The position numbers were made by a program, and so were the translations under genes. The notes beneath the pieces were generated by a model, which saw only the letters and a list, made by a program, of their open reading frames with translations, was not told where the DNA came from and did not search any database. 64,000 nucleotides of DNA. Origin: Phoronis australis. Lineage: Eukaryota > Animalia > Phoronida. The stretch lies in contig NMRA01000205.1 of the NCBI GenBank assembly GCA_002633005.1, positions 607,273-671,272 of the forward strand, in the 5' to 3' direction. Below, one piece after another: positions 11,824-28,068 of this stretch; within the stretch, counting starts at the first letter, position 1, and each line of letters opens with the position of its first letter.

Positions 11824-12427
11824 ATGATCGACATATGTCCCGAATAAAGATAAATGATACGTGCGTCGCAAGCTCGTTACCAGAGATAAAAAGGAGACCG
11901 AGGTAGGCGATATAAGGTCATTTATTATGACTAAAACAATTACAATATAACGAATACAGGTAAATAACGTATAATAGGTAATCTCTGGTAAGATGGGCAG
12001 TAAAAAGCGCCGGCCACGTGGAAGTACGAGAGACTGACGAAAACTGGGAGGAAGAGGGTGGGAAAATTGAATGAGTTTTGACGTACGACAATGTGACCGG
12101 AACAAGGTGAACTGAACGAGAGGTTACAATAATAAAGAAAAAACGCCCCTAAAGACACGTGACAATCGTCAGCCTATAAGAGCCAAGAGCTGACCAAACT
12201 CGAGGCACGTGATAACGGCAGACCACTGCGAAGGCTGGGAAAACGACGTGTAGTCCTACACAAAGGAATAGACCGAGATGAGGGGGAAAAGAAGTAAGAC
12301 GAGTCCATATGCTCACATAAATATATTTAACGAGTGAAATACCATTTGTGATCGACATATGTCCCGAATAAAGATAAATTATACGTGCGTCGCAAGCTCG
12401 TTACCAGAGATGAAAAGGAGACCGAGG
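11824..12427 (-). mobile_element. ~600-bp element bounded by ~78-bp direct repeats (possible Ngaro/DIRS-type or other retroelement end)
   Basis: gatcgacatatgtcccgaataaagataaat...ggagaccgagg at 11826-11903 and 12350-12427; ggtattt on both flanks; related end motif gggacatatgtcga at ~9445. Confidence 0.6.
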
Positions 12428-14439
12428 GGTATTTTTACTCATTTCAGAGGTACCTACATGTTCAACGGTTCACAAGTTAAACTTGAACTCCAAAAAATCT
12501 GAAATCTTTGTTTCTGATGGCGAGTACTTTGAGTACCCACGTCATTACATATCGTAACCCCGACAGTCTTTTCGACATGAGCAAATTCCTAACAAACAAC
12601 TCCTAGTAGCGATCATCAAAAGAAATACTATTCTTGTGATACTATGAGAAAAGGTAACCTTATTTTATAAATAACCATCTGAAATAGTCATTTGTGTAAT
12701 TCACAAATAGTGATCTTCACGATCTTCAAAATTCCACCTTTTTGATGGCGGTGTATTTGTCTGAGTGCTGCTGTGCTGGGCACCAAAATATTGTGTTTTT
12801 GATGAGTTTGGAATCTCAACTTCCCCTCATGAATACTTGGCAGTGTCGGATTTACATGTATAGAGAAACAAAGGGACAATTTCCCCGAACCGTCCCACCG
12901 ATAAAGGGTGCCGTCGAAAAGGCTAAACATCATTAAGCTTGGAAAAGAGAGACAGTTCATTTCATCGTCTAGTGACCCTGCAAGAAGAGACAATTTAAAG
13001 GATCTAGTTTCGGTGAAACGGTCGCGTTTTGCCAAAAAAAACTTTTGGTTTAAATCGCATGACGCTGAAACTAGTCTCAAATTGTTCCGCTCCTCAGCAG
13101 AGGTGGTTTTTGGACCACGAAAGATTTGACTGACAGACGAGTTCGTTATTGCCAGAGACCATGGTCGGCGTATAACTTGATCTTGAAGCCAACTTCTTGA
13201 GCTATCTGTTCCCATCCAAAATATATGAAATGTAAGTTCTTTCCAATAACAAAAATAACTTTTATGTGAGTTAGAAAGTTGAGACAACTGCAAGAACCGT
13301 AAGTAGGCCAATGTTCTTTTTGGAAGGCGAGTTTATAGCAGAACTAATGGGTTTGAAACTCTGTCATTATTGATGGGAAGTACACGTCAAAAATATAATT
13401 TCAAGAATTTTAATCCATGACATTACAATTTTAACCGCAAAATTTCTTGAATGTTCTTATGGTCGCAAATGGCGTAAACAATTGTCATTTAGGTGAATTA
13501 AAAAGATTTCGTTGATCATCCAAGAGCGTCACGTGATTGTTACAGGGATATGGTTCAGATTCAACTCTCACTGCTGAGTTGATGAGAAAAGCTGCTAATC
13601 AACTGACTCCAAGAAAAACACGCACGTCACAAAAAGTAGCAAAGTCAGCATTTGGTCTTTTCAGCGATTTGCCATGCATTAAAGAGAGGGCTCGTGTGCG
13701 GATCTTCGAATGCGGCGCCCTGGGCTCAAAAAGTCGCCAGTGAGGAAGTGCTTTACACTATAGAGCTAGCTGTATGACCATTCATAAATAGGCCTACATG
13801 CGTTGAGTACATGTACATTATAATTGTTTGCCACGGTGAATTGTTAGGTTCAAACAACCCGCAGGTTTCGGATGGTATAAACCAGGGTCGCGCACTAGAC
13901 TCGATTTGGTCTTGGAAGGAGTGACTAGTCCACGTAGTGGCTTAGAATTTTGCGGACGGTGTAGTCTAATCATGGGTGTTTAATAAACACACCCTTTTTA
14001 ATGCATCTCACTGGTAATCATTTTATTGGTCTATTCAACAAACACAGTGCGTTAAAACTGTCCTTCGTTTTGTATTACCAACAGTCACCGAATATCTCGT
14101 TAAATAATGATCATCAGCGTAAAATCGCGATCTCAAAATATAATGTCAAACCAAAATAAATTTTACATCAAAACATGGCATACACAATTTAAAACAATAC
14201 ACCAGTTACTAGCAGTTATCAAAATACTTACATGGGAGTACTCGTGGAAGTTTTTCCGAAAATACGCCGATAGGCGTACTAATACTTTTGGGTGAGCGTA
14301 TATTTTCGGTAATTCCCGGTGAATTGTGCACTGTGGATGCGCGGTGAATATACAGTATCTGTTCAAATCATGTTGGCATTTGACGTGTTGGTGACGTCGA
14401 ACCATTCGTGACGTATTCACTTCACAAAGTTTTTTCAAA

Positions 14440-16352
14440 ATGGACCTGCGAATGGCTTACAGAGACATTCGAGACTTTGCGAAAGTCACGATAGCATGGT
14501 TTATCGGCTTTATTTGGCAAATTGTGCTGAGAACGACAGGGAAAATAAACTCTGTCATGTGGAGATTCCCGTGCACTGTACCTTTTGGCAACATAGTGTA
14601 CGACAAGTGTTTAGGAGACGCATCCAAAACTGCTCAGAAAGCAGATATTGACATTGAATCAATGGAATCTGGTATCACCAGGAAGAGTATCACGTATGTA
14701 GCAGACGTCCACAAATCAAAGGGCCTCGTCAGGCGGGTCGCCAAGTGCGAAATCGAATGCGAAATCGGAAACTCGTCAAGTATTCACAAAGCAGACGATA
14801 AATGTGAAAGAAACACTTCGGAGTAAGTGTACTCCATTTTCCCACAGAAAGAGAAAAAGGGAATAAAGAGTGTCCATGAGAAGACGTATCTACTAAATGT
14901 AGATAACACGCCCATTGGTCACCATAATGCTGGATGGAGCGAACTAGTGAAATTGTATGGTAAAAACAAACCAGGCGACGTTGAAGATGTTGGACTGGTA
15001 GTCATCCAACGGTCAGGTGGCTCTGAGTTCGCTGGTGATGCTAACAGTGAGGAGATATTGCTGAAATTAGAAAGCAAACTCGTTCAAAGTGACGACTTTG
15101 AAGACGCCACAATGTCAAATTTCAATGAGTCGACTGAGAGGTCTACAGTTTCGGAGGAAATGTGTCCTATTTCCACGGAAAAGGATGAAATGGGAAAAGA
15201 AAATGTCCAAGAGATGACGGATTTGCAAAATGTAGAAAAGGCGACAACTGGTAACTCGAATGACGAAGAGCAGCAGAGGCAGCAGGAGTTACTGTCAAGT
15301 CGTAATCCAAATTTTACTGTTCCTGAAGCAGGGTCTACATCCGAGGTTAAATGCATCAAAACAGGAAATACTGAAGATTCTCCTGCGAAAGACGACGAAA
15401 CGTGTGATATCCTAGAGTTGCCTCACGGCGCAAGTTCCTCTATTAACATGGATGCTTCAGAAAGCATCCGTCGTACCTCTGCATGTGTGGAGGATAATGG
15501 CAAGAGAGAAGTCGTGAAATTGGATAACAGAAACAAGCCAGGCGACGTTGAATATCAGTAAGTCAGTCACCCGTCATCTATCGCTGTGTTCGCTGAAGAT
15601 GCTGATAACAAGAAAAAAGTCCCGAGACCAGAAAGTAAAACCTTTGAAAGTGACAGCTTGGAAGACGCTACATTGTCTGAATTCACTGAGTCGACTGAAT
15701 CGACAGTTTCCCCTGTCATCCGGAAGACGTTTACACAGTACACTCAAAGCTCTGCAGCTGAGACTGTGCAGCAAATCAAGCGTCGAAGGTATACGACCAG
15801 AAGTTAAAAATATGCATAGTTTCGCACAGTTGCCTCAAGATGCTATTTCTTCTCTTGCTGCAAGTCTATTAGTCACAAATCACCAATGAAGCCAAGATCG
15901 AACGGGAGGGACTTGAGGATGTTCGTCTTGATTTTGACACACCGTCTCCTGTTGCAACATTGTCTCAGTGTGATTTATCGTTCGCTACGGAAGACACTTC
16001 AGTTGACACTGAATGCAAGAAGAAAAGCAAAACAAAATTGCAAAGTAGCATCAATTCAATCACCACTAAAGACATTCGCCCAGAAGACGCCAAGAAGTAT
16101 GGATTCGCATATGTGCCTCTTGATGATGTTTCTTCCGTTTCAGAGGACGGAGATTTTACGGATAAACGAAGTATTTTGATACGTGAGGGACTTTTCAAAC
16201 GTTTGAAATCACGATTCAGACGACACAGTCACGTGGGGATGGAATCTACAACTTCCTCTTTCCAGACGCAGAGTATCGCTTCACGATGGCGGCATTTGAT
16301 GTGTTGTTATGCTTGTGAAGATCAGAACACATATGCCATATTCCATAACTGA
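14440..16352 (+). pseudogene. disrupted ORF for an acidic, internally repetitive protein with N-terminal hydrophobic helix and C-terminal CC motif
   Basis: consecutive same-frame ORFs 14440-14826, 14827-15561 and 15586-15807 separated by TAA; repeat units NKPGDVE...FAxDA...EDATxSxFxESTE; two apparent frameshifts (~15780, ~15870) lead to 15960-16352; aataaa at ~16508. Confidence 0.55.
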
Positions 16353-17599
16353 CGGACTTAATTATAAGCTCAGTTTGGAGAGCTTTTTAACACTTTTAAC
16401 ACTAATGCTTGTTACAAAATACACAGCACCTGCACGTTTATGTTTTGCAATAATTAAGTATCTCTTGCGGATACATACACTGAATGTAATTGCATGACGA
16501 AAGCCAAAATAAAATGAAGGTGCAGTTGTAAAGTGTGTATTGATTGGTGCTTAAGTTGAAACTTGGGTTACTTGCTTTTCCTACTCATTAGTTTAGCAAG
16601 ACACTTCTCTTATATACTTTCTACTAAGATTGGTATCACAAGACACGTGTCAAGGGTGTAAAGCGTTCAGCCAAGGCCTGGCTTTTTGAACAAGTAAAAT
16701 GGATGCCAAAACGTTCCATTTTCAGGGGCATGCATAAGGTCGTAACAGAGTGTAGCCACAGATCGTAACACTGCACTAACTCGGGACAGTTATCAGATCA
16801 CATCCAAATTCCAAAATTCCGATCAACGCATTTTTACTTAGGGCCCTGATTTAACTATCATGTTAACTTTACACTTTGTCCACACGATATACGCGGGGAA
16901 CAATCTATTGTCCACTTTTATTTCAAAAATTCCTCATATTCCATAACTGCTATTTTGCATCACTGCATGCTGACGGAAGATGACATTAAAACTTCTTATA
17001 CGGCCCAGTGCAACCTAATTACCCGACCGAGGTAAGGAAAACGTTGAAGCCAGTTTATCAAAGTTATCACTTTCTCCTTTGCATTGTTTATGTACTGCAA
17101 TAAAGCAGCTTTGAAGTATCTTACAAAGAAGGGTCAACCCACCATATCAAAACTGATTGGGAGTATTTTGTCCAAGGTTTGGATGGTATCATGGTACGAA
17201 AAAGCCTGTATGCAGATTTATACGCTCAGCCGCGCGGCGCACACTATCGGATAGCAACTAGGCAGATCGTACATTCGATTCGTTATCTGAATACTGAAAG
17301 CTTTTCATATTATGTACCCCCATCGGAAACCCCTATCATTTTCTTGACTTATCACAGTCGGCTGGTGTGTTGATATCATCCTTGTAACCACCACATTACC
17401 AGCTCACTATAACCACAACCTGAATGGCTGATCGCTTACAGGGACAGTAAAAATTAAGTGGTCTGCTCAAGGAGCGCCACCAATAAGAAGCATCGCCGAC
17501 GTTAGGCATCTGTGTCGATTGATAACGCGATTGCTAACCAGAACAATCGTGTCAGGTAAAGCACTCTTCGAACACAACACATTGAAAAGTGGCGTAGAT

Positions 17600-18218
17600 C
17601 AGGGGCGCATCCAGGATTTTGAGTTAGGGGGGACAGGGCAGAGTATTAGCCAGGATTTTGCCCGTCAAGCATTCGCACCCCCGAACAAGGGGTTGGGCCC
17701 CTAAATATGAAAAGATATATATTTTCAAACATCAGTAAATGTGCAGCAATTGGTGTCATCAGTCACGTCATCAATTTTTCTCAAATGATATAAAATTTCG
17801 AGAAAAAAACAAAAAATAGAGCAACAGCTGTCTCCGTTATCCCTTGCCAGAGAGGAGCCTCAGGAAAAATATAGTTTTGTATTCGCAAAATTGTTTTATT
17901 GATTTTAAAATTTTCTTGATTTTTCAAAATACGTATATGAATTATTAAGTGCATGTTTTCAAGAGCGTTTAGACGACCTATGCTGCAAAAACAGAGACCC
18001 TAACAACAATGACCTGGCCAGGGCCCTCAAAGGGTAAACCATGCACTGATACTGGGTTGTCAAATGTTCTCTTGGATTTTCTCTCATACATATTCGGAGT
18101 CTTTTTTTCAACTGTCTGCGGCATCACGCCTATGTCGGTTGCTACGGTTTAACCCTGACGCCTGCAAGTTTTTGGGGGGTACGTGCCCCCACGGCCCCAC
18201 GCTTCCTACGGCCCTGAT
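17600..18218. mobile_element. MITE-like element(s) with CAGGG ends
   Basis: starts caggggcgcatccagg, ends cttcctacggccctg; no clear TSD; 5' part shared with 4185-4272. Confidence 0.4.
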
Positions 18219-18717
18219 ATGCCCCAACAAGGTGTGGCAGGCAAAAAACGAGATTACACAGTACTTCGGGAGAGCGACAAAGCCGCTTCCGCTTGATACC
18301 GAATCAGATTTGAGGTCAGAAATTTACTTCTACATAGTAATTTAATTTAAAAAAACAAATTAAGAGATTCCAATGTCAACCCCTCCCACTTCCCAAATAT
18401 ATTTTAGCTTTCGACATCAGCTAGAATCCAAATTCACCCGCTTTCTCTACCAACTAGACAGTATCATCGTCTAGCTGGAGCAGAGACGGCGGCATTCAGT
18501 TGCCCAAATCGTCAACTGGCATTTTCACGAAAGACGTCGCTCTAGTCGGTTGGCGACTAATACACACAGTGTTGGCTTACGTAGAAAATGGTCAGTGGTC
18601 ATATCCCCTGCCGTAAACGAATATTTAATTTTCACAATTTCTTAGAATTTAGGCATGTAATATGATGTATTGAATACAAATAATAATAATAATAATGATG
18701 ATAATATCTAAATAGTA

Positions 18718-18790
18718 CATGGGCGGCGCACCACAGGGGGCTGAGGGGCTTTAGCCCCCACTTAATTTTTTCAGTGCTGCGCCGCCTATA
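18718..18790. mobile_element. ~72-bp MITE, same family as 3822-3895
   Basis: atgggcggcgca...tgcgccgcctat inverted termini. Confidence 0.55.
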
Positions 18791-18951
18791 TCTACGTATT
18801 ATGAGGACCATTTTCCGTTGGAATAAAACAACTGTTTTTGTTGAATAACACAGTGAATTAATAATTCGATTTTTGTTGTAGTGTAGGTATAGTAATTTTT
18901 TTTATATTTCATTTTGGTAAAAGAGGAAAATGTCTATTAGCAGTAGTTTAG

Positions 18952-19181
18952 CAGTGGCAGATTTACGTCATTCAGTAAGGGCCGGGGGTTAGGATATTCG
19001 CGCGAATCCGAGACGCGTACACCAAGCGGGGGGAGTTTCCCCCTCCCGAGTAAGATTTTTTGTTTTTTTGTGGCTGATTTCCTTTCCTGGCGACGTTTTT
19101 TTTACTATGAATTTTTATTTTTGATCCAGTCCCGGAGGATTAAAATCTCTGGAAGCCCTTCCCCCTGCAGATCCGCCTCTG
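18952..19181. mobile_element. ~230-bp MITE, same family as 28069-28305
   Basis: cagtggcagatttac...gcagatccgcctctg; flanking direct repeat tttag. Confidence 0.75.
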
Positions 19182-22100
19182 TTTAGAGAAGTGAGATACC
19201 TAAACCTGCCCACTATGAAAAGTAATTTCTCTAATAACTATGTCCACCAAGCTCATGATGACAGTGAGTGATCATCTGATGACAGTGAGTGATCATCCGT
19301 GATAACGCAATGCGGTGTGATGTTTTACTTTCTAAGCAAAAAGTTTCAGTATTATTTTTTCTTTTATAACTTATTTTGATGGCCATGGCATTTCCCATGA
19401 AAAAAGAAAAACAAATTAAGGGATCTTTTTTGCTCAAATAGCATCACCAAGAATGCACAATTTATCCTCAAAAGTGTGCCAATTTCAATATTACCTCTAC
19501 TCCGCGCATTTCACGAGATGGCGATTGTGTTATAGACTATAAAATTAGTTTGATTAGTGATGGAATCCATGTAGGATAAAGTTTCTTCCATAATAAATTA
19601 AAATTGCCCTTTGATTTCAGTAACACCCAATTTCTGCACTTGGATTTGCCTAGCTGTTTAGTATTATTGTGATGTCACGCACTATAACAAATGGCCAAAA
19701 TAACAAAAATGCAGAGCAAAATTTACAGTTTTCTAACTTAATTTATAACTTGAAATACAAAATGGTATTCAAATATTTCTTAAGTTACTCAATGTGGTAA
19801 AAACTATGATTGCTTTACGGCTTTTTGGCCAACAGCGTTGAACACCTTTGAATAAAGATCTGCATGAGAAATACGCTAGATGGTAGTGGAATGTGAAATT
19901 GAGCAAAGCAATGTACAGTACAATCCAAAAGTATTCATTAGAGAAAAAATTACCCAGAATTCCCTGTCATATTGGCTGGGCGGAAGTCAAATTCATCACC
20001 AGATTTGACTTTCCTGGTGACTGAGAATGATGGGGGAACTAACAATACATTTAGTAATGTCACCAACAGCCATTTTGTAATTAGTTTTGCCACTCTAATC
20101 GGTTTTCCACTCATTTTTGCCATTAACAGAATTAGATGTTAAGACCGAAAATAGTATTTTGTCTGATTACTGACATTTGTCTTGTACAGTAGAAATTCAA
20201 GTATTACAATAAGTGACAACTTGATATAATGTTGCTTCAAGACCTTAACTGTTATGGTAATGCAACAAAGAATAATAATTTTTGATAAAAACATATCAAA
20301 GTAAAGACGAACCTACACTATCACTTCCAATAATTTTGCCCAAAAATAACTGACAAAAATTTTCATGTTTAGATTTCACAAAGGCTAACTGCCTTAATGA
20401 CGCTATTTCAAGACACCTGTAGTTTTCAATCACAAATTTATGAGTCACACAAACACTCAGAAGGAAATCGGGTGAAAGCAATCACTGAATCATTTGAAAA
20501 TAAGTCGACATGATTTTGCCTCGAACTTGTGCCAATTTCTTGCAACCGAAGAGCTCCAATAAAGGGCCACCGTTAAAACCTGAGCCTCGTGTCAAAAAAT
20601 TCATTTCCTCCACTTAATGTACAGTTAAAAAATTGGTCTCATTCCAATCCTTGGAAATGATTTCCAGGCTAAAGAAAAGCAGACAAGCTGTTTTGGCTTC
20701 AGACCATAACCATGGAGTCGCTTGTGGATTCGCTTCAGTCAGCAATACTGTATCACAGGGAAAGTCAGACAATTCAACTAACTAATATTAACTCAAACAC
20801 AGGAATAAGAACCAAATGACGATGTTTGGAAGGGTAAATACAACTAAACAAAGTCATATCAGCTTCAATCCTTTTCAAAACTACAACACATCAAAACCAG
20901 GAAAGACAGTACAGCACTGTAATACCACATTAGTTCTAATGCAGACCCTTGCCTGTGAGGTTTATATTCCAATCCTGCAATTGTTGGCAGGATTATTTTA
21001 TGTAAATGAGAAACTTGAAATTCACCAGGTGGCACTAGCGAACACCAAGCAGTTCCACTCGTAATAATGCACGTAGCCAGGTCAAGTGGAACCCCAGCCT
21101 ACCTTACTCTAAGTCCCCAAAATGCTCAGTAAGCTTATGTAGGGCCCTAGAAAAATGTCAAAAATTAGGTTAAATTTTGGAAGATCATATCTCAGAAAAG
21201 GCTGATTAGATTCATGTGAAACTTTTAGATCATATGTTTCATGCAATGTTCTTCAATACAGGATATGGAATGGTTTTAAAATAATCCATTATTGCATTAA
21301 GGCCTTTCAAAAATAAGACTTTTACGATTTTAAAGAAAAATGTATAAAAGCTGAATAAAACATAAACGGAAAACTGTAAAGCGTTTTTGAGAGCTGATTT
21401 TGAACATTTATATCAAATAAAACTTGATCGTGTTGATGATCCAAACTCTTTTGCAGGACTGCTTATGTCACTTTCTATTCATTAGTGGATAGTAAATACA
21501 CATCAGGGGAATACAAACATTAGAAAAATGTTACTCCGAGATGACCAAGGCTCGGTATTTTTACAAAATGTTACAACGCGAATGAAAAAGGGGAGGAATG
21601 TATTAAGAAATCTCATGGAAAGCAGTGGCAAGTATTGACGAATCTACCTACATCAAGGTTATTACGCAAAGACCTAGAAAAAATGTTCGAATCTGAAGTA
21701 CAGTATTGCATTCGCACTTCGCAATTGTTGATCAAACATTTTGCAAAGTAATGTAATTTTGAACGCATTGCAGCCTGGAAATAATTTAAAGACATGATCT
21801 CAGTAACAAGTGGTTATGCACATGTTCTCAAAGACTGAATTTTTGCTCAAGTGAGACAGAAATGTTTTTCAGAAATAGTTATGTGGAACAGAACACCAAT
21901 TTCTGACTTAAATCTCAAGTCACATTTCATGAAGCAGACACCATATCACAGATTATGGTTGATCGGATTCAAATAAAACTTTCAGATTCTATGCTCTATA
22001 CACAGTTCTCCAAAAATCTGACAGGGATTGTTTTTAAAACGATTTATTTTTCAGGGCTTGGAATGTACAACGACAAAAAGAGGAAAATTTTCCAGGTGAT

Positions 22101-22452
22101 GTATCGTTCCACACATAAATAGGCTTGCGTGATAGAAATTCTGTTTTGTGTTGTAAAATTTGTCTGAACTAATTTTTTTTTGCACGAATAAAGACAAAAT
22201 AATGATAAAAAGGAGACAAAAACAGGAAACTGAAAATCAAATAAGAGGAAATCGAAACAAAAAAGAGGAAATCCTCTTAACAGAGGAAATTTCCAAGCCC
22301 TGATTTTTGCGAGTGGGGCAGAATCCACCAACTTGTGGATAAGACTCCACATAACATGGCTTACTCCAACACTTTATATATCCTCCTTTAAACACGCAGA
22401 GAAACCACTGAGATCCTTGAGCAGCAATCGGTCATTCAATTCATCACAAGTC

Positions 22453-23853
22453 TCATAATTTGATTCCCTTGATGAACGGTAGTCCTGTGCCAACTTGGGC
22501 TTTGTACGTGATGTACTCGTGGCCAAAGAAACTGATGAGTGTCGCTTCTTCTACCTCTATTCTTGTATTGAAGAATCTCCAGGAGGCAACGGCGTAGACC
22601 ACGAAACACAGCGGGTTACACAGAATCAACTGTAAACAGACAGGAAAGAACTATTCAGTGTTAGTACTACTCAGGTGGTGACAGCGTTGTGCTTAAACTT
22701 GAAATGACGCTTAATCTCAAGATCACATGAGAGAGCTTGGAATTACATGTTCATTAAAGCAATCAGATGAAACTTGATGTTCACTAAAAAGAAATTTTGT
22801 AATAATTGTCTGCACAATCACCTAATTTGATCTTTACCTGAAACTGTTCATCAATTATTGTGAACAAAATCGCCAGTAGTTGAAAAAAAAACAATACAGT
22901 TTGGTTAAAATTCAAATTTTCTTTAGTGCAGGGCAACTTTTATTAACGCGAGTCGTGAATGCGATTATTTGACTAAACTTGCCAACTTTACTTTATACGA
23001 GTTCAAGCACAACAACTGCAGTCCAGTCATCAAGCACTCAGTGGAGTTCACGCTAATGTCAATGATACTTAATTTTTTTGTACCTGAATCAAAGCTCACG
23101 ATTCCTTTCAATGTATAACACATACAGAAATCAGTTTAATTAAAAATTTAGCCCGCCCTGTACGCCGTTTGGATCCAGCAAAATATCAAACAACATGAGA
23201 ACCTACTAAATGACTGACTAAATTTTTCTAGTGATCCTCACTCAAAAGATAGTTGCGTGTTGTGAAACATTGAATACAACCTACTCCAAATTTCAATCTG
23301 ATCCATTTACTTCACACAACACATGTAAGTTTGTACTGTGTAGGTGTCAAGAGGCAACACGTAAGTAAAGTTTCCATTGTTTGCGAGGAAATTGGTCTTT
23401 AAAATACAAAAATGCAACAAATTTGGTAATTTTTTATACAAAATAAGTGAAGAATTACCATGGGCTTCTAAACATCTCACCTGTGTGCCAAGACTCCAAT
23501 AAACATCTCACCTGTGTGCCAAGACTCCAATAAACATCTCACCTGTGTGCCAAGTCTCCAATAAACATCTCACCTGTGTGCCAAGACTCCAATAAACATC
23601 TCACCTGTGTGCCAAAACTCCAATAAACATCTCACCTGTGTGCCAAGACTCCAATAGAACCAGCCCACATATGACGGATGTCTGAACCACTTATAGACGC
23701 CACTGGTCACGAGGCGATGGCCTTCTTTCTTTTCAAACTGGACGTAGTGATCAAAATTGGAGCCTGCAGTCAGCATGGCCAGTTTCCTTAAAGCCTCTCC
23801 CCCTAGAGTAACGACCAACCCAATCAGAGCCAACCATCGATAAGTTTTGATAC
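22453..23853 (-). CDS. ICMT: protein-S-isoprenylcysteine O-methyltransferase, last two coding exons (23853-23636, 22629-22453); 5' exons not visible
   Basis: GEALRKLAMLTAGSNFDHYVQ...HRLVTSGVYKWFRHPSYVGWFYWSLGTQ | LILCNPLCFVVYAVASWRFFNTRIEVEEATLISFFGHEYITYKAQVGTGLPFIKGIKL*; canonical GT-AG sites, phase 0 junction. Confidence 0.95.
23469..23655. repeat. 31-bp minisatellite, ~6 copies, spanning the ICMT exon/intron boundary
   Basis: unit taaacatctcacctgtgtgccaagactccaa; ctcac (donor gtgag) at 23476, 23507, 23538, 23569, 23600, 23631. Confidence 0.95.
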
Positions 23854-24237
23854 CTGTTATAAAGTAAAAATACACAAAAAATTACAAAAAATTAAACTTT
23901 GTTCAAATTTTACCAACCACCACTGATGACATGGAAAGTGCTCATGATGTTCAGATTTTATCAAAGTTATACCAACTACATTCATCTTTTGAACATTTAC
24001 GCATAAAAATATACACCTGAAGGAGAAATTCTGCTATTTACTGACAACCATAGCCTACAATGATGGTGTTTAAATTAGGAAGCTCAGACTGTTAGTAGGC
24101 CTGATAGCTCATAACACGCAAATGCCATCTACAGTACAAGACGAAAGCAATCGTATAATACACCATTTCCAATTCTGAGAATAGCAAAAATGACTGGTAA
24201 TAACTACTATGGGGGCAAATTCTAATTACACCTTACT

Positions 24238-27207
<2,970 letters not shown>

Positions 27208-28068
27208 GAAATCAGTCCCACCATATAGAAATGCTACGAGCATGACATTTATTTTAGCCACTAAACAACATATCCTCCAACATGTAATATCATTCATTGC
27301 AATTGGTTGGCAGGCTGCGCCCCCCCCCCACAACTTTCTGACAATACCCCAGGCATTTTTGCGAAAATCGTCCTCTCCAGTGGAAATTCGTACAAACCTG
27401 TAACTCCTTTTGATGTCTCACACTGTATCCAATAAAATAGTAGGAAAACACAAAGAATATATAACAAGTCAAGACCAACGCCATTTCTTTGGAAAACACA
27501 GAATCGAAAAATCCTGAAGCTGGGAATGCAAAAATAAGGGTACCAAAAACGAAACTTTGCAAGCTGACTTTAGCCTCTGGGCTGATTTTGTAACCCATGA
27601 TAGATTATTGATGCAACGAGAAATGGAAAATCAACTTGCGCAAACTAACAGTTTTATAAGAAGGCACGACCCGTCAAACTGTGCAGCCCATTTCAAACAA
27701 CATGTGGCTTTGCAACAGAAACATTACGAAGTTACTTACCATGAAAAATTTAAATAACAAAGAATATTGACTATTAGGACGTAAGATTTAAGAATTTAGG
27801 TATATTTTTATTGTATTTTAAGCTTATTAGTTAAAATTATCTGTATTTATGGGTTTTGCGAATCTTTAAGTAGTATTAAGATTATCTTTGCACACTCATG
27901 GAAGGAAAGTCTCTTGCAGTGTTTAGTGTTTAGGGTAAGTGTTTGAGAGAGTTTGTCTTTCAAATCGTCAAATACCTATTGCTTGAGACTGGCATATATT
28001 GTTGTTCGTTGTAGATGCGACGTGTGTTGTCTTATATTTGTAAGTCAGTGTGGTTAATTGCCGTAACA

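Noticed and set aside
13537-13743. Exon-like 68-aa segment after ttgttacag
   Set aside because: No homology recognised and no compatible partner exon found.
14823-14847. 25-nt micro-intron gtaagt...ttttcccacag removing the first stop
   Set aside because: Too short for typical animal introns, its removal would shift the frame, and the segment aligns to the coding repeat at ~15151.
14440-15807. Stop-codon reassignment (TAA read as sense)
   Set aside because: Neighbouring genes have no internal TAA/TAG and end in standard stops; the locus also has frameshifts.
23469-23655. 31-bp array as CRISPR
   Set aside because: Head-to-tail units without spacers; derived from the ICMT exon end.
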